In this document: one piece after another, positions 1-9,784 of the stretch | Layout: every line of letters begins with the position of its first letter | Numbering within the stretch: position 1 is the stretch's first letter | Assembly: GCA_002269645.1 (NCBI GenBank) | Contig: NIVC01004945.1 | Coordinates: 1 to 30,510 of the forward strand | Direction of reading: 5' to 3' | DNA from: Macrostomum lignano | Lineage: Eukaryota | DNA length: 30,510 nt | Position numbers and translations under genes: made by a program | Notes under the pieces: model-generated | Database searches by the model: none | What the model saw: the letters and a program-made list of their open reading frames with translations, nothing else | What the model was told of the DNA's origin: nothing

Positions 1-287
1 GATGCAGGCAGCTTGGCACAAGCTACATCTATATGTATTGCGCGGGGCGCCCAGCTTATTGCTATGGCTAGAAACTTTCTGCCACCTGTCAGTGCAGTCG
101 CTCGGTCCAAATGCATCTTCTGTAAGTTTTCTCAAGAGGGACTTTTGCTTTATTATCGCTACTCCAGTGAGCCAAAAATACAGCGCCATTATCGATTAGC
201 ATTACGTCAGTGTATTTATAGCTTAGCTTTTGGGATGAAGTCCCACTTGCCAAAGGAATCCCATTCGGAGTCAACTTTGGTAGAAAG

Positions 288-2511
288 ATGGGAGACAGGT
301 GGACTGAGAGAGGACAGGTGGACTGAGACGGATACAGGTGGACTGAGACGGATACAGGTGGACTGAGACGATACAGGTGGACTGAGAGGGAGACAGGTGG
401 ACTGAGAGGGAGACAGGTGGACTGAGACGGATACAGGTGGACTGAGAAGGAGACAGGTGGACTGAGACGGATACAGGTGGACTGAGAGGGAGACAGGTGG
501 ACTGAGAGGGAGACAGGTGGACTGAGAGGGAGACAGGTGGACTGAGACGGATACAGGTGGACTGAGAGGAGACAGGTGGACTGAGACGGATACAGTGGAC
601 TGAGAGGGAGACAGGTGGACTGAGACGGATACAGGTGGACTGAGAGGGAGACAGGTGGACTGAGACGGATACAGGTGGACTGAGAGGGAGACAGGTGGAC
701 TGAGAGGGAGACAGGTGGACTGAGACGGATACAGGTGGACTGAGAGGGAGACAGGTGGACTGAGAGGGAGACAGGTGGACTGAGACGGATACAGGTGGAC
801 TGAGAGGGAGACAGGTGACTGAGAGGGAGACAGGTGGACTGAGACGGATACAGGTGGACTGAGAGGGAGACAGGTGGACTGAGAGGGAGACAGGTGGACT
901 GAGACGGATACAGGTGGACTGAGAGGGAGAGACAGGTGGACTGAGACGGATACAGGTGGACTGAGACGGATACAGGTGGACTGAGAGGAGAGACAGGTGG
1001 ACTGAGAGGGAGACAGGTGGACTGAGAGGGAGACAGGTGGACTGAGACGGATACAGGGTGGACTGAGAGGGACAGGTGGACTGAGAGGGAGACAGGTGGA
1101 CTGAGACGGATACAGGTGGACTGAGAGGGAGACAGGTGGACTGAGAGGGAGACAGGTGGACTGAGACGGATACAGGTGGACTGAGAGGGAGACAGGTGGA
1201 CTGAGAGGGAGACAGGTGGACTGAGACGGATACAGGTGGACTGAGAGGGAGACAGGTGGACTGAGAGGGAGACAGGTGGACTGAGACGGATACAGGTGGA
1301 CTGAGAGGGAGACAGGTGACTCAGACGGATACAGGTGGACTGAGAGAAAGGCCGGTACGCAGATTTCTGATTTACCTTGATTTCAAAGCCAAGTTTCAAT
1401 TTTTAGCTGACTCGAACTTGGAACTTAAATTCCATATCGCCGCTTGAATTCCAGCAGCTTTGTAGGCCTCATCACCCTGGCCAGCCTCTGCTGCCTCGGG
1501 CGGCCCGAGACAAGTCGGAGTTTGACTTCATCCTGCTCACCAGAGAGTGGCCCTTCTCCTTCTGCTCGGTGACCTCGGTCTGTGCTGCGGTCTCTGGTTG
1601 ACTGGGGATTCAAGGATGAGGGGGTGAACTAAGGGGTGTGAACTTAGGGAGAGAGTGAACTAAGGGGGTGTGAATTTAGGGAGAGGGTGAACTAAGGGGT
1701 GTGAATTTAGGGAGAGGGTGAACTAAGGGGTGTGAACTTAGGGAGAGAGTGAACTAAGGGGTGTGAACTTATGGAGAGGGTGAACTAAGGGGGTGTTAAG
1801 CTGTAGAGAGGGTGAACTAAGGGGTGTGAACTTATGGAGAGGGTGAACTAAAGGGGTGTGAACTTATGGAGAGGGTGAACTAAGGGGTGTGAACTATGGA
1901 GAGGGTGAACTAAGGGGGTGTGAATTTAGGGAGAGGGTGAACTAAAGGGGTGTGAACTTATGGAGAGGGTGAACTAAGGGGTGTGAACTTATAGAGAGGG
2001 TGAACTAAGGGTGTGAACTTAGGGAGAGGGTGAATTAAGGGGTGTGAACTTATGGAGAGGGTGAACTAAGGGGGTGTTAACCTGTGGAGAGGGTGAACTA
2101 AGGGCCGGTGTGAAACTTTTCGAGACAGTGAACTCGGGTGACAGAATTATTCTTTGTAATTTAAAATGTAAACTATAGCGTGCACCTGCCTGCAAAATTT
2201 AGGAAGCTTCACACGACGTACTTTCTATATGAGGTCATGACCTGATGAACTCAATGGAATCACGCACACATTCGTAGTTCCTCGTGTTAACCCGCAGTGC
2301 AAGCACAAGGAGCTGCTACAGAAAAGGTTCAACATTCATGGACTTTGGTGAGTTCGACTGCGATTTGTTTTTATCAGCGGCCTAAGCGGCCTACTTAAAG
2401 TAGAGTGGTTAATTTCGGAACACCGCTTTTTTCAGGGCCGAGTCCAAAGATTCTCCGTCCAAGCCGCCCATGTTCTGCAACTCCACTGCGTTCAACGAAT
2501 CCGAGCTGGGG
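288..2511 (+). CDS. RNASET2: RNase T2-family gene, exons 1-4: 288-298, 1455-1577, 2298-2347, 2436-2511
   Basis: Spliced translation MGDSSFVGLITLASLCCLGAAR-DKSEFDFILLTREWPFSFCSVTS-CKHKELLQKRFNIHGLW-AESKDSPSKPPMFCNSTAFNESELG: signal peptide, T2 N-terminal FDF..WP..FC motif and CAS I (IHGLW). GT/AG boundaries are phase-compatible. Needs one extra G in the run at 1498-1500. The exon-2 donor could alternatively be at 1569, and its acceptor is a NAGNAG (1455/1458). The symbol is family-level. Confidence 0.85.
291..1346 (+). repeat. 20-bp minisatellite in RNase T2 intron 1, about 52 copies (GGAGACAGGTGGACTGAGAG / GGATACAGGTGGACTGAGAC variants)
   Basis: Direct reading; two unit variants alternate and the array starts inside exon 1. 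Confidence 0.95.
1617..2105 (+). repeat. 31-33-bp minisatellite in intron 2, about 15 copies; each unit holds two GTGAACT subunits
   Basis: Repeated TATGGAGAGGGTGAACTAAGGGGTGTGAACT with small variants. Confidence 0.9.
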
Positions 2512-3319
2512 GTGAGTTGCCTTGTGGCTTTGAGCTGGGTGAGTTGCCTTGTGGCTTTGAGCTGGGGTGAGTTGCCTTGTGGCTTTGAGCTGGGGTGAGT
2601 TGCCTTGTGGCTTTGAGCTGGGGTGAGTTGCCTTGTGGCTTTGAGCTGGGGTGAGTTGCCTTGTGGCTTTGAGCTGGGGTGAGTTGCCTTGTGGCTTTGA
2701 GCTGGGGTGAGTTGCCTTGTGGCTTTGAGCTGGGGTGAGTTGCCTTGTGGCTTTGAGCTGGGGTGAGTTGCCTTGTGGCTTTGAGCTGGGTGAGTTGCCT
2801 TGTGGCTTTGAGCTGGGGTGAGTTGCCTTGTGGCTTTGAGCTGGGGTGAGTTGCCTTGTGGCTTTGAGCTGGGGTGAGTTGCCTTGTGGCTTTGAGCTGG
2901 GGTGAGTTGCCTTGTGGCTTTGAGCTGGGGTGAGTTGCCTTGTGGCTCCGAGCTGGGGTGAGTTGCCTTGTGGCTTTGAGCTGGGGTGAGTTTCCTTGTG
3001 GCTTTGAGCTGGGGTGAGTTGCCTTGTGGCTTTGAGCTGGGGTGAGTTGCCTTGTGGCTTTGAGCTGGGGTGAGTTGCCTTGTGGCTCCGAGCTGGGGTG
3101 AGTTGCCTTGTGGCTTTGAGCTGGGGTGAGTTGCCTTGTGGCTCCGAGCTGGGGTGAGTTGCCTTGTGGCTTTGAGCTGGGGTGAGTTTCCTTGTGGCTT
3201 TGAGCTGGGGTGAGTTGCCTTGTGGCTTTGAGCTGGGGTGAGTTGCCTTGTGGCTTTGAGCTGGGGTGAGTTGCCTTGTGGCTCCGAGCTGGGGTGAGTT
3301 GCCTTGTGGCTTTGAGCTG
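2503..3319 (+). repeat. 28-bp minisatellite GAGCTGGGGTGAGTTGCCTTGTGGCTTT, segment 1
   Basis: Direct reading; begins at the end of exon 4. Confidence 0.95.
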
Positions 3320-4386
3320 CCCGTTGGAAAAGTTATGCACCTGCAGAGGCACAAAAGGTGAGCGAGGTGCACAAAAGAGGCACTTTGGTGGCCTATTTCG
3401 TGTGTGTTTTGGAAATGCACCTGAGTGCACCTTTTATGCCTAAATGTCACCAATATTTTTGAAAAGAGGCATGAAAGGTGTAAAATCGGTGAAGTGGTCA
3501 GGCAGTAGGTGAATTCTCAATTTTGATTGGCTGCGGCGGTAGGGGCAGTAAAGGTGCTGAAGGGGCGCAGAAAGTGCACAAAAGGTGAATTAGAGGTGCA
3601 TAAGGTGTACATGTTGCAGCGTAAATATGTATACAGGTGCATTTCCAAAACACGCTCGAAATAGACCCCAAAGTGCCTCTTCTGTGCACCTCGCTCACCT
3701 TTCATGCCTATGCACGAATTAACGCATTAATAATCAGTAACAAAAAATTAACTGAGAGTTACATACTCGTAAATTGCACGCACAGATCGAACATAGAAAA
3801 GCTTTATTTACACCTATACTAATTGCTGCTATCCCCTTCCTGATCCTGACTAACCACAAAAGTAAGCATTTCCTGTACTGATAAGTTTTAATAACTTTCA
3901 AATACTCAGGAAAAGTTCCGAAAAGTGATGAAAAGCTTTGAATCTGTTTAAAGAATAATAAGGAAAAGTAGCAAAGAACTTTCGCAAGTTGGAACGCCCC
4001 TTGCATTGCCTCTACACCTAAAGTGCCCACTGTGCACCGTTTGTTCACCTTTTGTGCCTCCAATGCACACTGTACACTTTTTATGCACCTCCACCACAGC
4101 GCACCTTTTTCACCTTTCACTCCACCAATGCCCCAATTCCTACTTTGTTCACCTTTTGTGCCTCCAATGCACACTGTGCACCTTTAATACACCAAACTCC
4201 CTATGACACCTGTGCCCCTACCACCTATTTCGTGCCTTATATTCACCATTTGACCCTGCAGAGGCACTCAGGTGAACACGCGGTGCACAAGTGGCACAAA
4301 ATAGGCATAAGAGAGGCGAAAGTGAGGCAGACGGTGTAAAACTCTTCACCTTTCATGCCTACTTTAAAAACTCAAAATTCAACGGG
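3320..4386. mobile_element. Non-autonomous DNA transposon (1067 bp), 7-bp TIR CCCGTTG/CAACGGG, 3-bp TSD CTG; possibly CMC/EnSpm-like
   Basis: CTG at 3317-3319 and 4387-4389; removing the insert restores the satellite unit exactly. No transposase ORF. The superfamily is a guess from the CCC ends and short TSD. Confidence 0.7.
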
Positions 4387-4971
4387 CTGGGGTGAGTTTC
4401 CTTGTGGCTTTGAGCTGGGGTGAGTTGCCTTGTGGCTTTGAGCTGGGGTGAGTTGCCTTGTGGCTTTGAGCTGGGGTGAGTTGCCTTGTGGCTTTGAGCT
4501 GGGGTGAGTTGCCTTGTGGCTTTGAGCTGGGGTGAGTTTCCTTGTGGCTTTGAGCTGGGGTGAGTTGCCTTGTGGCTTTGAGCTGGGGTGAGTTTCCTTG
4601 TGGCTTTGAGCTGGGGTGAGTTGCCTTGTGGCTTTGAGCTGGGGTGAGTTGCCTTGTGGCTTTGAGCTGGGGTGAGTTGCCTTGTGGCTTTGAGCTGGGG
4701 TGAGTTGCCTTGTGGCTTTGAGCTGGGGTGAGTTGCCTTGTGGCTTTGAGCTGGGGTGAGTTGCCTTGTGGCTTTGAGCTGGGGTGAGTTGCCTTGTGGC
4801 TTTGAGCTGGGGTGAGTTTCCTTGTGGCTTTGAGCTGGGGTGAGTTGCCTTGTGGCTTTGAGCTGGGGTGAGTTGCCTTGTGGCTTTGAGCTGGGGTGAG
4901 TTGCCTTGTGGCTTTGAGCTGGGTGTGAGTTGCCTTGTGGCTTTGAGCTGGGGTGAGTTGCCTTGTGGCTT
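4387..4971 (+). repeat. 28-bp minisatellite, segment 2
   Basis: Same unit and orientation as segment 1. Confidence 0.95.
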
Positions 4972-5579
4972 AGTAGAAGGCATGAGGGGGCTTTTGGGAC
5001 AAAATTTTTCACGTCCTCCATAATCCCATTAAATCCATCTATATTATCCCTGACAGAATCAGAAAAAAAGGGGGGTCGCACTCGCTAACAAAACGTCCTC
5101 CATAATCCCATTAAATCCATCCATATTATCCCCGACAGAATCAGAAAAAAGGGGGTCGCACTCGCTCACAAAACATCCTCCATAATCCCATTAAATCCAT
5201 CCATATTATCCCTGACAGAATCAGAGCATAACAGGTGTCCTACTGTTATGCTCTGAGGGTTTATGCTCTGAGCATAACAGCTCCAAATCCACCCATAGCA
5301 TCTTCGAAACAATCAGAAAATAATCTGCATTCTTCTCCCCACATTCAATCCGCAACGTGCTACCAGATCCCTAAGACTTTAAATCCCCTAACCCAGGGTC
5401 CTTACCCTTTGAAAAAAAATCTAAATTTTCTCTAAAAATGTTTCCAGTTGTCTCCCCAGGTTCTTATTACAAAGCGCACGAGCCTAATTACAAGAGTAAG
5501 TACCAATGCAAACTAGAATGCAGCGAGTACATGAGAAAATATTGGCCCGGCGTTGATATCAATGTCCCTAATATTAATC
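4972..5579 (+). repeat. Left terminal inverted repeat (608 bp)
   Basis: Reverse complement of 20934-21541; identical wherever compared, including homopolymer lengths; first mismatch at 5580/20933. Confidence 0.95.
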
Positions 5580-5629
5580 TAGCTCTCCAAAGACACTGGT
5601 TCAGAACACAGCTGAGAAAATTTGCTTAG
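5438..5629 (+). CDS. Small TIR-initiated ORF, left copy (63 aa), unknown function
   Basis: TAAAAATG start context shared with other element genes; N-terminal 47 aa identical to the right copy. Confidence 0.4.
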   Translation: MFPVVSPGSYYKAHEPNYKSKYQCKLECSEYMRKYWPGVDINVPNINLALQRHWFRTQLRKFA

Positions 5630-6467
5630 TCATGCTAGTAAGAGTTTGGCTCTGCATGAAAGGTACAATCGTTGATGGTAATTTCACTTAAAACAAAGAA
5701 AAGAAAGAAAGCAGACCTTATTTATTAATTGTTAAATAAATACCGTACCGTAATACGGTACCGAAAATACCGTATTGTAGTTGGAGTTTATTCTATGAAG
5801 CTTTGAATTTTTATTTATCGAAATTTTGTAATAAATAGAATAACAATGTTTTACATAAACAAAAACAAGAATGATTATTAATTGGTGGTACTTCTAAAAT
5901 TGTCTACAAGTTGCTCTAAATTTATATTAGAAGGAAGGTTATCTAACAAACCTACAGTATCCTCTCTACATATCCCACATTTTCTCGTGTTATTACTTGA
6001 AGTAAGAATTTCTAGTCATATTACTTATAAGTAGGCTCTAAACAACTTGACGCCATTCTGGACTGTCTCGGAAAAACCACACATGATTTTCTCTAACGTG
6101 TTAGAAAAAATCATGTACACACATCATTTTCTCTAACGCGTTAGAAAAAATCATGTGCGCCCAGTACGTTCAAGGCCGTCTCCCCAGCTGGCCTTGGGTA
6201 CCTCGGTTTCAGAGAAATCTCTCTCCCACGCCAGTGTACGCTTTCTGTTACACTCCGCTATTCTTAACACACAACCTTGGCGACAACCTCTTCATGCCTT
6301 TCTTGCCTTGCCCCCCCCCCTAGTGGTATCTAGTGGTAAGTGATATCTTACCACTTCTCTCTACACTCTATGAAAATATTAATACTTATGAAATCTTAAC
6401 ACAACAAACAATAACCTAAAGGACTTGTCAATAAAATGCCTGAATAAATATTAGAGTGTTGTCACCG

Positions 6468-7329
6468 TCAGCACGTCTTCACTTTTTTGTCCTCGTCCTC
6501 ATCTTCATCATCTTCCTCGTTGGCCTCTGAAAAAAAGCAACGTTTTAAGAATTATCAATTTAAATTTAATAGAATTAAAACTGTGAAGCAATTACTTACC
6601 GTCTTCGTACCAGGCTTGGATTGTCTTTTCAAATTCACCTTCCATTGTAAGGAAGGCAACACTTTCGTGCTGCATTCTCAGCAGCTGGTCAAATCTGGTG
6701 TCGGTGGCAGCCTTCTTGCGGATTGGAGCGCTATAGTTCAACACACGCCCCATTGAATAACCCGAGAAGATCAGCCCCGGGAACTCCAGGCACAGCCGGT
6801 AATACTTCACATAATCACTCACTTTCCGAATGGTTACGTCAAACACACGAGCTAGCTCGCGTTCGTCCATACCAAACTTTGAGCTTAAATAGTTGACTCT
6901 TCTTCCGAACTCGAATTGTAAGATCGCCTTAAGTATTGACACATTGTCAATGCCAACTATCACTTGTTTGGTGCCCTCGATAATCGATGTTCTCGACAAA
7001 TCAAACAACTTTTCTCCGACGAAATTAATCGAAGAGAATAGTGACTGTAGACTGACTCGCACGCCGCGATCTTCGATATCCTCCAATTTTTCCTTTATTT
7101 TTTCAATTACGGTTTCCTCTTGTCTATTCTCTTCTTTCTTCTCCGATACGCTCTTCCGTTTGTCTGGCAGACCGTTTAACTTTTGCAAGCTTGCTTGAAG
7201 CCTCATCAGCTCTTCATTGGGAAAGTCTCGGAGGCGAGCTCCCAGCAGCGATCGATCTTTTTTTAATAACGATGTGGTCATCTCCACAACGTCTGAGATG
7301 CGTCTTTGTTTCTCTTTAGACAAAGCCAT
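6468..7329 (-). CDS. Putative HTH DNA-binding protein, spliced (7329-6600 + 6526-6468), about 262 aa with acidic tail
   Basis: HTH-like segment ERELARVFDVTIRKVSDY. Donor G|GTAAGT at 6599 and acceptor TTTTTTTCAG at 6527 join in frame to give EANEEDDEDEDEDKKVKTC*. TATAAAA at 7400-7394. Confidence 0.7.
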
Positions 7330-7393
7330 GCTGGGATTTCAATAGTATATACAATCGAATGTGTGTGTAGTGTGTTTAGCGTTTTATTTTTGC

Positions 7394-7400
7394 TTTTATA
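7394..7400 (-). promoter_or_regulatory. Candidate TATA box of the HTH gene
   Basis: TATAAAA on the minus strand about 65 bp upstream of the ATG at 7329. Confidence 0.45.
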
Positions 7401-7766
7401 CAGCCGGCTAGGGTGGAAATGAAAGTTTCCAGAACGTAGTTAGCAAACAAGAACACACGGTGTACAAGCGGAGGACCAGATCGCTAAATATGAAAACGAG
7501 CTAGCACCCAGACGTCACCCAGACGTCACCCAGACGTTAACTAGCTTCCGAGCGATCGATTCCCTCCACCCGTTTGAAGTCCCTGTACATTTCCTTGGTT
7601 GATTGGGGATGTCAAAGCGGAAAGGAAAGCACGCGTGGAACTTGTACATTCGCAAAATCGATTAGAGGGCTGCGCTCCCTCAACAAATAGCAGTTACCCC
7701 ACCCTTTTCAAAATGCACCTGTTGCGTTTGGCTAGGGCTGAGAATAATAGTTAAGCCCTTCCCGAC

Positions 7767-8255
7767 TCAAGCGCCTCTCTCTACCCCCAGCTCTTTCAGC
7801 AGTCTTCCTAGTACCTCGTTTGGAGCGCACAAAATAAACCCAGCTCCCTCTCTCCCCGTGCAACCGCCCTCTCTCCCCAAACACCCACCCTCGCCGTCGA
7901 TCCCCAACCCCAGCTTTTTCTTACCAAAAATAACCGCCTTGACTAATTTCCGAGCAATCGACTCACGAAATCCGCTTGAAGCCCCTATATTGTCTAGTCT
8001 CTTAAGCATTTCTTTGTCCCAGCGATTCTTCTCCTCAGGAAAATCTCTATATTTAACGTCGTGCCACATGCAGACAGAGTCTAGCTCGTTCACAGGCTCA
8101 TGCCCAGGATTTGGATTATCGTTTGTATCTAACTGTATTTCAAGTGGATTCAAAGGCCCGCAATATTTGTACCCGGGAAGTGTCCAGCCTTTGTTTGGAT
8201 GAGGAAGCTTTTCTATCAGTCCATGTGAATCTAACTTACCACCAGAGCGTTGCAT
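7767..8255 (-). CDS. Parvovirus VP1u-type phospholipase A2 domain protein (162 aa)
   Basis: LPGYKYCGPLNPL...EPVNELDSVCMWHDVKY matches the parvoviral LPGYKYLGPGN...PVN..D.....HD..Y pattern, including the HDxxY catalytic motif. Confidence 0.9.
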   Translation of the reverse strand: MQRSGGKLDSHGLIEKLPHPNKGWTLPGYKYCGPLNPLEIQLDTNDNPNPGHEPVNELDSVCMWHDVKYRDFPEEKNRWDKEMLKRLDNIGASSGFRESIARKLVKAVIFGKKKLGLGIDGEGGCLGREGGCTGREGAGFILCAPNEVLGRLLKELGVERGA

Positions 8256-8285
8256 TATTTTATTTTAAATTTTCTTTTTAAAAAA

Positions 8286-9321
8286 ATGACAGATCAGAAA
8301 CTTAAAAAACTCTACTACAGCGACAAAGGATTCTTTGTAGGAAAAAATGCAGTCACCAAACTCGCAGAACTAAGTAAGGAACCAAAAGCTAAAGTAGAAA
8401 AGTGGCTCTCTAAGCAGGCTGTCTTTCAAGTCTATTTCCCACCTGTTATATTTACAAGACCTCACTTTAGCATCTATAAACCTAATGAGGCGCACCAAGC
8501 AGACTTATTGTTTCTCCCCAATGACTCGGGCTACAAGTATGCTCTCACAATTACAGACGTTGCTTCCAGATATAAGGAAGCTCGCCCACTCAAGACGAAG
8601 AAGTCAGAGGTTGTTGCCAGCGCACTCCAAGATATTTATAAAAACTCACCCCTTAGTTACCCTGAAATCTTTATGACGGACCCGGGTAAAGAATTCATGG
8701 GTGCAGTGAAATCACTTCTACATAAGCATGACACAAAAATTCGCTATGGCAGAACAAACTTGCACAGAGACCAGGCTTTTGTGGAAAGATTCAATCTAAC
8801 TCTAGCCAAGAGGCTATTCACTAAGCAGACAGCTGAGGAGCTGAAACTAAAAAGTGGTCAGTACTATTCAAAATGGACAGACCGGCTCCCCACTGTTATA
8901 GAGCAACTGAACAATGAAGTCACACGTATGACTGGATTGAAACCATCCCATGCAATTAAACAAGACACTGTCAAACTTAAGGCAACTCATAGAACAGACA
9001 ACAACACTACAACCCCACACAACACACACAACACAAAACACACCTCGAACTACCCTAAGCTTCCAGGAGTTGAATCACCATACATACTGACAAACTCTGA
9101 GTTTCTACGCTTTTTATATCTACCTGGAGAGCTAGAGAAAGACACCAAAAGAAGAGCTACAGATCCATACTTCAGCCTTGATGTGCATAAAATAGACAGA
9201 CATTTTACCTCCGACTCCGGTGATTTACTTTTTATCTCAAGCCTTTAACCCTAAATCCCCCACGCGGTCATTCACTAGAGCTGAACTCCTAGTGATACCA
9301 GCTGACACAGAAATTAATTAA
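8286..9321 (+). CDS. int: Retroviral-like (rve) DDE integrase; C-terminus frameshifted at about 9229-9248
   Basis: ADLLFL, ITDVASRY, MTDPGKEF and FVERFNLTL motifs; AAAAAAATG start at 8286. Adding one T and one A restores FYLKPLNPKSPTRSFTRAELLVIPADTEIN*. Confidence 0.93.
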
Positions 9322-9337
9322 AATATTAAAATAAAAA

Positions 9338-9784
9338 ATGACAAAGATTGAAACCAGAACCATCAATAAACTCAATAAAATCATTGAATCAAAGAAACCA
9401 GGTATTATATCAATTAAAGGTGCCAAAGTAAAAATCGATCCCACGCAGCAAATACTTCAGTGTAATGAGCAAAGACACAGCATCACAGATGAAAAGTCAG
9501 GAGGAATCCTACCATTAGCAGCTCTTATTCCGATCATTGCAGGCGCTGTAAGTGCCGCAGGTGGTGTAGCTGGAGGTGTAGCAACTGCTGTTAAAGCTGG
9601 TAATGATAGAGCCCACCAGCTGGAATTGCAAAAGATTGCAAGAGATAAAGGTATAACAATTAAGGCAGGAGAGGGCTGCCCGGATTTTGATGATTGTGAG
9701 CATGAAAATTCTGTAAGCAAGTCTGACATTGTCAAAGCAATCATGACACTACACAATGCTGGGTTTACAATAATGCGGATGTGA
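9338..9784 (+). CDS. Adenovirus pX-like putative virion protein (148 aa)
   Basis: SGGILPLAALIPIIAGAVSAAGG resembles the adenoviral pX C-terminus RGGILPLLIPLIAAAIGA. Confidence 0.7.
   Translation: MTKIETRTINKLNKIIESKKPGIISIKGAKVKIDPTQQILQCNEQRHSITDEKSGGILPLAALIPIIAGAVSAAGGVAGGVATAVKAGNDRAHQLELQKIARDKGITIKAGEGCPDFDDCEHENSVSKSDIVKAIMTLHNAGFTIMRM

Noticed and set aside
89-1399. 436-aa minus-strand ORF
   Set aside because: Translation of the 20-bp minisatellite; only the last 70 aa are unique and show no recognisable motif.
3498-4339. Short ORFs within the 1.07-kb element
   Set aside because: No transposase motifs; products of repeated internal motifs.
2503-4971. CRISPR-like appearance of 28-bp repeats
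   Set aside because: Head-to-tail with no unique spacers, no cas genes, eukaryotic context.
4387-4971. Satellite as part of the Polinton termini
   Set aside because: The arrays on both sides are in direct orientation and lie outside the TSD, so they are target DNA.
2395-5081. Long 'SSKPQGNSPQLKATRQLTPAQSHKATHP' ORFs (also 21425-22939)
   Set aside because: Stop-free readings of the 28-bp satellite cycling through frames, not genes.
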